64,000 nt of DNA from Octopus sinensis. Its lineage: Eukaryota. Shown here in pieces: positions 36,793-50,199 of the stretch. A program made the position numbers and the translations under genes. Within the stretch, counting starts at the first letter, position 1, and each line of letters begins with the position of its first letter. Under the pieces are notes generated by a model. It was not told the DNA's origin, did not search any database, and worked only from the letters and a program-made list of their open reading frames with translations. The DNA lies in NCBI RefSeq assembly GCF_006345805.1, contig NC_043011.1, positions 22,580,464-22,644,463 on the forward strand. The letters are read 5' to 3'.

Positions 36793-36961
36793 CTTTAACA
36801 TACGAGTTCACATCAATAATTTTACAAAAAGCAATATATACAAAACGAAACATAAATCTTATATTTTAAAAGAGAAACCGTCTGTCAATCCGTAACAGCA
36901 TGTGTAGAGAAAGGGAAGGGGAGGAGATAAAGTTGCTGTTGTTTGAGAAATACAGTGTGTG

Positions 36962-37001
<40 letters not shown>

Positions 37002-38763
37002 AGAGAGAGAGGGAGAAAGTGAGTGTGTGTGTGTGCGTGCGTGTAATATATATATAAATAGGTAGTGTTGTCACTTTGGTAACTAATAAATTTTAATTAA
37101 ATACGTGGGAATTTTGAGAGCAAATCTGTCAACACAACGCAACACAAACATATAGTTTGCGTGTTTGTGTGTGTGTGTTTCTGTATGTCTTTCAACATGT
37201 AGACAACACAACACAGACTTTAAAAAAGACTTTCACTTTGAACAGTTTATGAAGGTAGGTGCATGATTAACAAGTATGATTGCCAGCAGGTAGCGACGGT
37301 TAACGACCTAGTTCAGATTAATAAATACTGCAAAGTCTACCATATTAAGCATATTTTTTAACGATCTATCAGGACGAATACTGCAGTAATTGGCTCTATC
37401 AACGCTGTATATACATTTACTATGAAACATAGATAACATTAACACACATTGTACAAAAACATAACTTAATGTGATAGAGTGGTAGAGTCGTTAGGAGCAT
37501 CTGACAAAATGCCTTGCGATTTTCGTTTTGGCTCTACACGTTCTCAGTTCAAATCCTGCCGACGTCAGATATATCTCTCATCATTCTGATGTCAATAAAA
37601 TAAAGTATCTGTCAAGTACTAGATTAAGTTTGTAACAGTATAGTTCAGTAAAGTCCAAATCGCAATCCGAAGACATGTGGAGTGACACACTGTTGTCGCA
37701 TCAATATTTTCTATATTGTTTCAAATATAAGCAAAAAGAACTTGAAACTTAATAGGGTGGGCCTTTAGTCGATTACATCGCTCCTAGTACTTGACTGATA
37801 TTTAATTTATTTTATGAACCCCTAATAAATGAAAAGTCAAATTGATCTAAGCGGGATTTGAACTCAGAAAGCAAATAACCGGAAGAAATGACGTTCAGCA
37901 TTTTGTTTGACTCGGTAATGATTCTGCTAGCTTGCTACCATTTAATGCCAACGTATCACCTTCATACACACTCTAACATTCAATCATAGTCCCTATTAGA
38001 AAAGGACATCTCAAAAGGAATAATGAGTGTAGAAATATTGTTTAACAGAATATCCACCATCACATCCGCCACGAACAAAGGGATAATAACAATATCTATC
38101 ACATGTTACATGACCACATAATATAGGAGAGAGACAGTGTTGATTATTATCAGACGCTATTGATTGATATTTATTTTATCATACCCAAAAAGGTATAATA
38201 AAATAAAAGAACTTGAAATCAAAATATGAAGAGAAACATTAAAATGTGTGATGTCAAATGTATCAGCATCGAATTAGTGACGTCAAATAGTCAGGGCCAA
38301 GACAGTGTCATACGTTATATGAGACGCTTTGACCTCCAATTATTTGGCGTCAATGATTCGACGCTGATTTATTTGACACCACTTGTTTTAAAGCTTCTCT
38401 GTTTTAATGTTTCTCTTGTTTCCTACCCTCTTTTTTTCCTTCCTCCCCCCCCGCTCTCTGTGTTTTTCTCTTTTTCTGTTTATGTGTGTGAGCATATTTC
38501 TCTGTATGTGTATTTATGTCAATCGTATTCAATTAATATATTGTAATGTATCCCCTTCTCTCTCTCTCTCTCTCTCACTCTTTCTATTTGTATGGATATT
38601 TTTCTGCATGCGTGCGCGTGTTTGCCTTTACTATGCGAAAACGTACTGCCGCCAAAATAGGTCCAATGTCCAGACAGCCGTGCTTAATCTCCAGTGTCAA
38701 AACAGCCCTGCCCAATAGTCTCATTCAATATCTGTCACGACTTTGATATAGTTTTTAATATCA

Positions 38764-38995
38764 GGCGGCGAGCTGGCAAGAATCGTTAGCACACCGGGCG
38801 AAATGCGTAGCCGTAATTCGTCTGTCGTTACGTTGTGAGTTCAAATTCCGCCGAGGTCGACTTTGCCTTTCATCCTTTTGGGGTCGATAAATTAAGTACC
38901 AGTTACGCACTGGGGTCGATGTGCTCGACTTAATCTGTTTGTCTGTCCTTGTTTGTCCCCTCTATGTTTAGCCCCTTGTGGGTAATAAAGAAACA
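38764..38995 (+). mobile_element. Young SINE-B with a 19-bp TSD
   Basis: TSD gatatagtttttaatatca at 38745-38763 and 38996-39014. Confidence 0.93.
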
Positions 38996-39138
38996 GATAT
39001 AGTTTTTAATATCACAGTTGTAATATATATCATACTTTACATAACTGTAGAAATTTTGCTATTTAAAATAATCGTGGTGTCGCGTAAGGTAATGGCTGAG
39101 TTGATAGGTAAAGTAGTGGTGAAATGTAAATATGGAAA

Positions 39139-39372
39139 TAAGGCGGCGAGCTGGCAGAAACGTTATCACGTCGGGCGAAATGCTTATCGGTATTTCGTCT
39201 GCCGCTACGTTCTGAGTTCAAATTCCGCCGAGGTCGACTTTGCCTTTCATCCTTTCGGGGTCGATCAAATAAGTACCAGTTACGCACTGGGGTCGATATA
39301 ATCAACTTAATCCGTTTGTCTGTCTTTGTTTGTCCTCTCTGTGTTTAGCCCCTTGTGGGTAGTAAAGAAATA
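39139..39372 (+). mobile_element. Young SINE-B with an 18-bp TSD
   Basis: TSD gaaatgtaaatatggaaa at 39121-39138 and 39373-39390. Confidence 0.93.
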
Positions 39373-39565
39373 GAAATGTAAATATGGAAACATGCCAATC
39401 ATTGCCTGACTCTTTCCCTCATATATTCCATAATGGATATGCAAATGTTAACTCCAAAATGCAAATATTATTGAAATACGTTTACAGGTGGTTACAATTT
39501 CACCTGAATGGAACAGAAATTTCTACGAGTCTTTATATTAGACTTAAATAATATTTTGGTGAAAG

Positions 39566-39792
39566 AAGGCAGCGAACTGGTAGAGTCGTTACTGCACCGG
39601 CGAAAAACGCTGAGCGTTCTGAGTTCAAATTCTGCCGTGGTGGACTTTGTCGTTTATTCTTTCGGGGTCGATGAAATAAATACCATTTGAACATATTTCA
39701 TCGACCCCGAAATGAGTACCATTTGAAGACTGGACCCGATGCAAACGGTTTACCGAACTTGCTGGACTTGTACCAAAATTTGAAACCAACAT
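39566..39792 (+). mobile_element. Older SINE-B with an internal 19-bp inverted duplication
   Basis: tttcggggtcgatgaaata (39660-39678) and its exact reverse complement (39694-39712). Confidence 0.8.
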
Positions 39793-40037
39793 TTTATAGA
39801 AAGAAGGATTTCTGACTGAATAAGTTTTCACACGCGAATCGAACAATTTCAAATAGCGTTAAAAGGTTAGGAACCATATTTCCAAATGAATGATATCAAG
39901 TTGATATATATGCTACAAAATACAGGAGGCAAATTGTTTAATTACTAATGTGTGTGTGAGTGAGAAACCATACGATAGTCAATCAATTGATTTTAAAAAA
40001 AATTATTTAGCATATTATAATAATAATTGTAAATATA

Positions 40038-40442
40038 GGCGCAGGAGTGGCTGTGTGGTAAGTAGCTTGCTAACCAACTACATGGTTCCGGGTTCAGTCC
40101 CACTGCGTGGCATCTTGGGCAAGTGTCTTCTGCTATAGCCTCGGGCCGACCAAAGCCTTGTGAGTGGATTTGGTAGACGGAAACTGAAAGAAGCCCGTCG
40201 TATATATGTATATGTATATATATGTATGTGTGTGTATGTTTGTGTGTCTGTGTTTGTCCCCCTAGCATTGTTTGACCACCGATGCTGGTGTGTTTACGTC
40301 CCCGTAACTTAGCGGTTCGGCAAAAGAGACCGATAGAATAAGTACTGGGCTTACAAAGAATAAGTCCCGGGGTCGAGTTGCTCGACTAAAGGCGGTGCTC
40401 CAGCATGACTGCAGTCAAATGACTGAAACAAGTAAAAGAGTA
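40038..40442 (+). mobile_element. SINE-A, full length
   Basis: Complete consensus-like copy. Confidence 0.92.
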
Positions 40443-40819
40443 GACCGCCTCATGGTCCCAGTAGACAAAATGGAAAAGGTGTTGCCCTGGATAATGGCCA
40501 GGGAGATGCGCATCTTATTGTTCTCTATCGCTACGTCTTTTCTAAAGTCATGGGTGATTTTAGTTTAATTTTCTGTTTTAGCAATTCTCATTACCTGAAA
40601 CTTAGGTATTTTATATTTTTAGGTTTGAGTTACTTATAAATGTATAAACATGATTCAACTACTATATTCTTTTTACTAACGTATTTTCTTTTATAACATA
40701 CTCATATACAAACTAAACTATCAACATGCCAAGTGAATGCAAAATAAAAAATAAAAACAAAAAAAACACCCAGACCATTTGTTCTATGTTTGTGGTATAT
40801 ATATAATACCACGGCGATA

Positions 40820-41370
40820 TACGAGGGGGTACCCAAAAGTAACCGGAAACGGTCTCTGTAGAGCAAGCCCGTTGTTATTCAGGCTTCCAACGCTAGAAGC
40901 CACTTGATGCAGTGCTTCCGTGAAATTCTGTTTTCTGCTGCGGAAAATGGCGACCAAAACAGTTGTCATGTTTTAAACAGCTTACAATGAAGCTGCCATG
41001 AGCAAAACACAAACTTGCGAATGGTTTCTACGCTTTAGGAATGGTCACTTGAAGACCAACTTCGTTCAGAGCGTCCGTCGACCTCCCGAACGAATGAAAA
41101 CATGAAAATTCATGAACTGATCTTGGAGGACCGTCACAGAACAATTGATGGACTTGTTGATATGATTGGCGTGTTCTGAGGCACCTGCCAACTAATTTAG
41201 AGCGAGGAATTGCGAATGAAAAGAGTTGCAGCAAAACTTGTGCCTCGCTTGCTCACGGAAGATGGAAAAGCAGTCACGGCTGAATGCATGTTGTGAACTG
41301 AAAGAACAGTTGGAAGTTGATCCAGGCTTTTTTCGAAGGACATCACCGGTGATGAAAGCTGGTGCTACGT
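40820..41370 (+). pseudogene. Mariner 5' portion (third family) with left TIR
   Basis: TA|CGAGGGGGTACCCAAAAG TIR; EWFLRFRNG, RPSTS, MKRVAAKLVPRLLT, ITGDESWCY motifs. Confidence 0.88.
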
Positions 41371-41499
41371 AATTTGCAAATGTGGATGAGGTGTAATCCT
41401 CGTATTACAACATAACTTTAGAAGATAAACAAGCTGTTTTGACTGTCAGTTTGATGATCAAGAAAAGCAATAAGTACCTCATTAAATTTGGACAGGTTT

Positions 41500-42020
41500 T
41501 ACCGGAACCTTTTCATCCCAGAAACTATGGATTATTTTTAGCAATCCCTGGCCTGAAAGCATTTCCATCGCTAATGCTCCCCACACTATTCAATGGTGCG
41601 CCTTCAGATTTACAGTAATACATTTATATCGAAACTCCACTTTAGAATTATTACAAATTAGTGCCCAACCAGAATATTCTGAAGCACCTGTCTAGTAGTG
41701 CTATCGGAAGACATTGCTGGTTCAAGATAAACAGTACAAACATGGTGTGCAGTCAACCGAGCTTGTCCGAGATGCATGCGGAGCTAAGAAACCTTTTTGC
41801 ATACATTGGTTCAGTTTCGGAGCATTGGTGACTTGCAGTGTTATAGTGAACAGCTTTTGTTGGAGCCATTGTTTCAATAGGCTTTTGTCTAAACCTCTCC
41901 GTTATTGTCACGACTATGCATTTTTTGAAAATTTATCTGAAAGTGAACGGAAGTTTGAAAGCTGTTTTATTGCACAATGGAAATTAAAAACTGTTCAATT
42001 CCATCGCTCTTTCAGTGCAT
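41500..42020 (+). mobile_element. L1/Tx1 ORF2 C-terminal (zinc-knuckle) remnant
   Basis: PETMD..Q.SLAW-like segment and CYRKTLLVQDKQYKHG...RACPRC...ET.LH.LVQ. Confidence 0.65.
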
Positions 42021-43560
42021 CAGTTCCACCGACCACATAACCTGGTAGGTAGGTAATTTGGCAACGCAGTCTTGACAGTCACCAGATCCATGACTGCATC
42101 TCTGTCAAAGAGACAAACCACGAAATAAAACAGCCACCATACTTTCTCCTCGTCCAGTAATCTCTGTAGTCTGAGTGCATGCTTCCATAATATGGAAGGC
42201 GATATGTCAACGCTAACACGGATATCCTTTTTGATGCAATTGAATACAACGATTACTAGTGGAATGTTTGATGAGATCTTTAAGTAAATACTATATTAAA
42301 TGGTATGTAAGTGGGATTCACCGAGTACTGCTGCTATGTATGCCTGTGAGAGAGTCACGCTAATTGCAGGACATAATCTTTTCTAACATTAATAATAATA
42401 TACCCAGTACATTATTATACCTGCCAGGTTTTCATATACTTCTGGAAGACATATTTAATCCGTTCCCTTAGTTGATCCGAAGACAATATTTTCATAAACT
42501 TATGTTTGGTTTTATGAATTTATTTGTTAAGGACATGGTAAAAAAATTCAAAGTATTTCAGTTTCTCCGAGAATTATTTCTACAAAAATTAAAGAGAGTT
42601 TTTTATAGATATCACATTCGAGAGGTTTTCTTTAAAAAGATAAAACAGTTGATGAACCATTCACAGCAAGTGAACTAAAAATTTTTTTCTCGGTCAATCG
42701 GAGGGACGTTTATCACGATAGACCCATCCGATAGTCATATCTGTCCTGTCCTACACACGATATAACTCTGCATGTCAACCAAACTCAGTAATTAAACAAG
42801 TGCACACAGAATAGTTTCGTGCACGTTTCAACCATACTCGGCTCACTGTAGTCGACACGTTTTATTCCGAACGAGCAATGCCTTCTTGGTAGCACTTCAG
42901 GTCAGGGATTTCTAGAAGTCATCCATAGTTTCCGGGATAAAAGAACTCCAGAAAGGCTGCTCGATTGATGTTCGTAGACGTCAAGTGTCGCAGAGAATGT
43001 AGTCACTCTTTCCTATCACTAGTTCTTTATAAAATACAAACGTGGAAGTTCCACCGACCACATAACCTGATAGGTAGGTAATTTGGCAACGCAGTCTTGA
43101 CAGTCACTAGATCCATGACTGCATCTCTGTCAAAGAGATAAACTACGAAATAAAACAGCCACCATACTTTCTCCTTGCCTAGTAATTTCTGTAGTCTGAG
43201 TGCATGCCTGCATAATATGAGAGGCGATATGTCAACCCTTCACTCAGAAGATATTGCAGCAGATCAATTCTCTGTCCAGTGGAATGCGTCCCTTTCATAA
43301 GACGCGAAAGTGCAGACCTTCGAGCTCCCGATCAGATGAAAACTGGGACCAGCTACAACAGACAGTGAGTAATAAATGACGGAAATGATACATGCATTCA
43401 CTTTCTTAGTATGATATTTCAGGAATAACTTCTTCTCGGACCATTTCCATTTTATACGAGCCATGCTGTTCCTAAATACCTCCAACCGATTTCCTTTAGA
43501 CTCGGATGGCCCAAGGGAGACCCTCGAGCACCATCACAAGACCTTGAAAAGCTGTGGCCT
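42020..43560 (-). mobile_element. L1/Tx1 ORF2 post-RT remnants with a ~190-bp internal direct duplication
   Basis: KW..KKL.LK...VNACIISVIYY and LWKHALRLQRLLDEEKVW; segment 42022-42215 repeated at 43047-43238 (~90%). Confidence 0.65.
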
Positions 43561-43803
43561 ATAAAACTTTCCATACAATGTGCAGTGAAAGATCATAAAA
43601 CTTTAAAAAGCAACTTCCGTAGATAGGTGCGAATTCATCAATTTTATTACTATCACCCCACAGAGATGGCCTCCAAACTAATTTTATGATGATGAGGACC
43701 ATCATCATCATCATCATCATCATCGTTGCTGTAATGATCTTTTTATTCTCTCTTCTTCTTTCAACTTCTTTTTTTATTCTCCTCTTCCTCTTCCTCTTCT
43801 TCT

Positions 43804-43839
<36 letters not shown>

Positions 43840-44104
43840 ATTTTATTGTTCCTTTCCAACACCAAACCACCCACATCACCTACATTGCAACCCTCCCCTC
43901 TCACCACTATTAGTATAGACATGAAAAAAAAAAGTAAGTAAATGGACCTCTGACTATTTCGACGATGAGCAAACAATTGTTCGATCAACTGATCTACTTA
44001 ACTTACTCGCTGAATTAAAGAGTAAGTGGTTAAGTATTGCACAGACCAGACTCCCATACCGTTTACATAATAATCAGGTTTAAATGATGTGTAACACCGT
44101 ATGC

Positions 44105-44305
44105 CAGTGGTTTTCAACCAGGGTTCCGCCAGTACAGTCCAGGGGTTCCGCAAGAAGTTACAAAAATGCAAAAATCGACAGTAATTTTTAATTCTCCTGT
44201 GCAGATATGTGTGCATAAGACAATTAAATTATTGCACAGGGGTTCCTCGAGCCAGTGAAATGTTTTCTTGGGGTTACGCTCCAGCAAAAAGGTTGAAAAG
44301 CACTG
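44105..44305. mobile_element. hAT-type MITE (201 bp) with an intact 8-bp TSD
   Basis: 15-bp TIR CAGTGGTTTTCAACC / GGTTGAAAAGCACTG (1 mismatch); TSD CCGTATGC at 44097-44104 and 44306-44313. Confidence 0.93.
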
Positions 44306-44639
44306 CCGTATGCAACAAGGCTGTATCTTTATATGACATGTGAAACCCATCCGAGCAGTGTCCTTCGACCCAATTTCCCTCAAAAAGAACTGGGACTATC
44401 CGTGTCTATGTTAAAAGAAAAACACTTACCTAGGATGCTTTGCGGTGGGATTGACACCAAACGGCGTGATTAAAGAGCGAACTGGCTAACTGCGAAGTTA
44501 GTCTTCGAACTGAGAGAGAGTGAACTGCTGCTGCTAACAGCCGACTTTTATACAAATGGTTGTAAGAACGCGTAAATTCCACGTCTAAGTTACAAAATAA
44601 TACATCAAACTTGTGTGTGTGTGGTGTGTGTGTGTGTAG

Positions 44640-44690
44640 ATACAGAGATATAGGTATATATATACATACACACATATATATATATTTACG

Positions 44691-44748
<58 letters not shown>

Positions 44749-44859
44749 TATATACACATACATATAAATGTGAGCATATATGTTTTTACATATACTCTAT
44801 GTTCGTATATACATATTCATACACACACACATACACACGCATATATATATATATATATA

Positions 44860-44895
<36 letters not shown>

Positions 44896-45082
44896 TATAA
44901 CATACATACATATATATATACATACATACATATATATACATACATACATACATATATATATATACATACATACATATATATACATACATACATACATATA
45001 TATATATACATACATATATATATATACATACATACATACATACTATATATATATACATACATACATACATATATATATATAC

Positions 45083-45113
<31 letters not shown>

Positions 45114-45137
45114 CATACATACATATATAATATATAT

Positions 45138-45170
<33 letters not shown>

Positions 45171-45197
45171 CATACATACATACATATATATACATAC

Positions 45198-45228
<31 letters not shown>
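44640..45228. repeat. (TA)n/(TACA)n microsatellite
   Basis: Direct inspection. Confidence 0.95.
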
Positions 45229-45229
45229 A

Positions 45230-45420
45230 TTTACAGTTCAGTTCAGGTAAGATAACAAAAAAAGTTCTCCACCCAGTGAGAGATAAATATCATTTAATGT
45301 ACATAATATAAAGATAAAAGCTACTCATAGTTTCTTGCTGTAAAGACACGTTGCTGCAGTCTTGGAGCAATCTTCGGGCTCTGAGCAATTGGAAACTCCA
45401 TTTACGTTATAAGAAACCTG
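45230..45420 (-). mobile_element. Penelope-like element terminal fragment
   Basis: Contains an HHR motif; its 3' end abuts the (TA)n/(TACA)n tract. Confidence 0.6.
45317..45382 (-). ncRNA. Type I hammerhead ribozyme motif (U4C variant)
   Basis: AGAGC-CCGAAGA-UUGCU...AGCAA-GAAACU AUG AGUA^GCUUU: stems I (5 bp), II (5 bp) and III (3 bp) all pair. Confidence 0.68.
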
Positions 45421-46139
45421 CCTAGCCACGTGTATCCATTGCAAGAAACTATCAGTAGTTCTCATCTTTATACTGTGTCATAACTACCACCACCATCATC
45501 GTCATCATCATCATCATTATAATTATCACTGACATCGTCAACAACCATACCTTACTAACACCACCACCGCTACCATCAACAACAACAACACTGCCACTGT
45601 GTCTTTTTATATCACCGAGCAACGTCGTTCGTTGCATAGAAGGTGAACTACCGACGAGTCGTAATCGCTACTTGGCACCGATACTCGGTTTGGTAAAAGT
45701 TCATATGATTTACGTCGCTAATATTCGTAGAAGCAACCAGAATGTCGCAGCGTTTCTCAATCTACTGCTCGCTTCCATTCGTCTCAGATAATCTAAACAA
45801 TATGCACTTCCTTAAGTCATATAGTTAAAAGAAATCTGAACAGAGAAATCTCCTTTTACATGTATGTGTGTGTGTGTGTGGTGTGTCCGCGTGCGTGTAT
45901 ATGTGCATATTTCTGGCTTATTTTTAAAGAAATTGTAAGAAAAACAGCAGACAGAATTTACTGATGCGGTACTCAATACTGAAAGTAGAGTCAAATTTAC
46001 AGGAATCCTAAATGGAGTCTCGAGTTCCGCTCGATTGTGAATTGAACCAAATTTTGGATGAATAAGCCGTCATGCAAAACTTAAAGTCTCAGTTAAAACG
46101 AATCTTACAATACACACACACACATACACACACCCATAG

Positions 46140-46145
46140 TGTTTG

Positions 46146-46179
<34 letters not shown>

Positions 46180-46330
46180 ATATAATATATATATATATAT
46201 TTGTATATGTATGTATATATATATTTGTATATGTATGTATAATATATATATATATATGTATGTATGTATATATATATTTGTATGTATATATATATTTATA
46301 TGTATGTCTTATGTATATGTAAGTATGTAT

Positions 46331-46377
<47 letters not shown>

Positions 46378-46428
46378 GTATATATATATATATATATTAT
46401 ATATTATATATATGTATGTATGTGTATA

Positions 46429-46478
<50 letters not shown>

Positions 46479-46485
46479 GTATGTG

Positions 46486-46551
<66 letters not shown>

Positions 46552-46552
46552 G

Positions 46553-46594
<42 letters not shown>
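46140..46594. repeat. (TA)n/(TATG)n microsatellite
   Basis: Direct inspection. Confidence 0.95.
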
Positions 46595-46597
<3 letters not shown>

Positions 46598-47333
46598 ACT
46601 AATGTAGGCTAAAATTTTTTTCAAAATATGGCCAGCATATCAAAAATACCTTTAAAGGTTAAATTTATAAATAACTTACAAAATAAGAGCAAAAGAAAAA
46701 TTCTAATGCCAAATATGCCTAAAAAAAGACAAAATTGTCAATAACCATTATAATTTATGCGTCTCGAAATAAACCGATAAAAATTTCTAAAAAATCCATT
46801 ATTACCGTATTGGTCCCAATTTCGGGGTCAATTCATAAGAATTTTCCCCTCTTCAGCGATAAATACGTAAGACATAAATGGAATACTAACTCATACCCAT
46901 GGAAAAAGCAAGCGCTAAGTCCTGAGCAGACCTAAGTACCCCAAATATATCCAAAATAGAAAATCTTCGGCACATCTCGAGACACGTGTGATTCGATCTA
47001 GAAACTTTCACAGAGTGAGAGAATCCGGAAGTGAACACTATTTAATTTACAACTAATGTAGGATAATATTTTTTTCAAAAAAAATGTTATCAATGGCCAG
47101 CATATCAAAAAATACCTTTAAAGGTTAAATTTATAAATAACTTACAAAATAAGGGCAAAATTGGGACCAATACGGTAATAACGGATCCTTTAGAAATTTC
47201 TATCGGTTTATTTCGAGACGCATAAATTATAATGGTTATTGACAATTTTGTCTTTTTTTCGGCATATTTGGAATTAGAATTTTTCTTTTGCCCTTATTTT
47301 GTAAGTTATTTATAAATTTAACCTTTAAAGGTA
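46594..47333. repeat. ~454-bp unit partly repeated in tandem, second copy with a fold-back inversion
   Basis: tacaactaatgtagg at 46594 and 47048; perfect 48-bp inverted repeat 47113-47160/47286-47333 around an inverted segment. Confidence 0.88.
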
Positions 47334-47474
47334 CTTAAACAAATTGCACATACATACATACATGTCACAACAAAATTTTCTTTATACTTTTATGTAATAG
47401 ATACGAACAGCTCAATACTCTAAACTAGAGCTAAGTATAATCTAATATGCAGTATATCAGGAAATGCAAAAATA

Positions 47475-47516
<42 letters not shown>

Positions 47517-47894
47517 TATATATATATTATTTATAATATTTGTATAAGTGTTTGTTTCTGTGTGAGTGGGTGTGTCAGTTAGAAAATGTATGTATGTACA
47601 AGTAAACAGTTAACTATAACAAGAAGCAACAGACTCTGTACCAGCGTACAGAATATCAAAGTAACAAAACACCAGAACGGAGAGATAGATGTCATCACCA
47701 ACCGTCCATGTCTGAGAAATGCATCCGAGCATGAAGCTAAGCAGTGAGGTGTAAACTGGCCTCCTGAATTATCATACACAATTTGTTTACTTTATCTTTT
47801 AGAAGTGAAGTTCTTTTCAAATTGTTCTAAGAGTTATTTTGCAAGTAGACCTTTTTGAAAATACACTCCATGACAAATACAAACACACACACGC

Positions 47895-47945
<51 letters not shown>

Positions 47946-48110
47946 GGCGCAGGAGTGGCTGTGTGGTAAGTAGCTTGCTTACCAGCCACATGGTTCCGGG
48001 TTCAGTCCCACTGCGTGGCACCTTGGCCAAGTGTCTTCTACTATAGCCTCGGGCCGATTAAAGCATTGTGAGTGGATTTGGTAGACGGAAACTGAAAGAA
48101 CCCTGTCGTA

Positions 48111-48149
<39 letters not shown>

Positions 48150-48370
48150 GTGCGTGTATGTTTGTGTGTCTGTGTTTGTCCCCCTAGCATTGCTTGACAA
48201 CCGATGCTGGTGTGTTTATGTCCCCGTCACCTAGCGATTCGGCAAAAGAGACCGATAGAATAAGTACTGGGCTTACAAAGAATAAGTCCCGGGGTCAAGT
48301 TGATCGACTAAAGGCGGTGCTCCAGCATAGCCGCAGTCAACTGACTGAAACAAGTAAAAGAGTAAAAGAG
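47946..48370 (+). mobile_element. SINE-A, full length
   Basis: Complete copy, followed tail-to-tail by a minus-strand SINE-A 5' half (48375-48542). Confidence 0.9.
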
Positions 48371-48560
48371 ATATATACGAGGGGCTTCTTTCAGTTTCCG
48401 TCTGCCAAATCCATTCATAAGGCTTTGGTCGGCCCGAGGCTATAGTAGATGACAATAGTCCAATGTACCACGCAGTGGGACTGGAGCTCGGAATCTTGTG
48501 GTTGGGAAGTGAGCTTCTTACAACACAGCCATGCCTGCACCTACTGTATATTTATATGTA

Positions 48561-48769
48561 CGAAGGGGTACTGAAAAGTTTGGGTAAAAGAAAATACAAG
48601 AGGATCACTTAATTATGATTTTATTCAACATATTTCCTTCTCAGATTCACACACTTATTGTAGCGGCCCTTTAATTTTTCTAAGCCCTGAAAAAGGACTC
48701 GGAAGGTTGGGCCTCCAAGCAGGCCTTTCACAACACCTTCAAAGACAGGAACTTTTCAGCACTCCCTCG
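48561..48769. mobile_element. Mariner-type MITE (209 bp) with a TA TSD
   Basis: TA|CGAAGGGGTACTGAAAAGTT ... AACTTTTCAGCACTCCCTCG|TA. Confidence 0.88.
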
Positions 48770-48833
48770 TATGCATGCTTGTATAAGGGCGTACTTACAT
48801 ATTTGTGTATATTGGTATATATAAATTTGTTGT

Positions 48834-49216
48834 GGAGGCGCAATGGCCCAGTGGTTAGGGCAGCGGACTCGCGGTCATAGGATCGCGGTTTCGATTCCCA
48901 GACCGGGCGTTGTGAGTGTTTATTGAGCGAAAACACCTAAAGCTCCACGAGGCTCCGGCAGGGGATGGTGGTGATCCCTGCTGTACTCTTTCACCACAAA
49001 TTTCTCTCACTCTTACTTCCTGTTTCTGTTGTACTTGTATTTCAAAGGGCCGGCCTTGTCACTCCCTGTGTCACGCTGAATATCCCCGAGAACTACGTTA
49101 AGGGTACACGTGTCTGTGGAGTGCTCAGCCACTTACACGTTAATTTCACGAGCAGGCTGTTCCGTTGATTCGGATCAACCGGAACCTTCGTCGTCGTAAC
49201 CGACGGAGTGCTTCCA
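48834..49216 (+). mobile_element. SINE-C, full length, tail type 2
   Basis: tRNA-like head with A/B boxes, shared core, tail ending cgtcgtcgtaaccgacggagtgc. Confidence 0.92.
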
Positions 49217-49490
49217 CATGGTGTATAAGTGTTGCGCACATCAATGTATTAGTGGAATAATTTATATGTTCATAAAACTCAAGTTCTTCTGGGTCACTTT
49301 TGAGTGAACGGGAACTGGCACTGAGATAAAAGAAAGGAAATTTATATATGTGATCTGCAACTTAGTGGAACCGAAATGCAGTAACTCAATACCTCGTTCA
49401 ACTGAAACTAGTTCTTAAGAATAGGTGCACCAAAGGCCTCAAAAGGCTGATTTCGCCGATTTACTGTCCTAGCTTAGTTAAGCTCTGCTT

Positions 49491-49557
<67 letters not shown>

Positions 49558-49714
49558 AGGAGCTTTGAAGTCTGTTCCTATAGCTAATGCATAGTTTAGC
49601 AATACTGCTGGACATCCTCTATCGATATTTTGCACTGGTTAAGTTTCTGCCGAAGATTGAAACTGAACAGTTTTGGTTTTCGTTTATATCGTCAATGCAA
49701 GACGGTGATATACC

Positions 49715-49947
49715 TATTTCTTTATAACCCACAAGGGGCTAAACATAGAGGGGACAAACAAGGACAGACATAGGTATTAAGTCGATTATATCGACCCCAG
49801 TGCGTAACTGGTACTTAATTTATCGACCCCGAAAAGATGAAAGGCAAAGTCGACCTCGGCGGAATTTGAACTGAGAACGTAACGGCAGACGAAATACCGC
49901 TAAGCATTTCGCCCGGTGTGCTAACGTTTCTGCCAGCTCGTCGCCTT
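49715..49947 (-). mobile_element. Young SINE-B with a 15-bp TSD
   Basis: TSD agacggtgatatacc at 49700-49714 and 49948-49962. Confidence 0.93.
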
Positions 49948-50199
49948 AGACGGTGATATACCACTCTCTCAAAACATGTATAAACCGACGATAAACATGA
50001 AAATCCGTGCAAACGTCCACTTCTATAAATTTGCAGCGAACTGCTCTAACTGTAATTTCTTAATTCATACCTCTAAATCTGTATTGCATAACCCTAACTA
50101 GTACGCACATCCATCCATCCATCTACCACCAGCCCCTACACATACATGAAAGAGATAGGATAAATACCTCCAACGGCTATACCTGGATTATAAATTTAC

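Noticed and set aside
45230-45252. Possible 10-nt microexon tttacag|TTCAGTTCAG|gtaaga
   Set aside because: No polypyrimidine tract (TA repeat upstream), and it lies at the end of a Penelope-like fragment.
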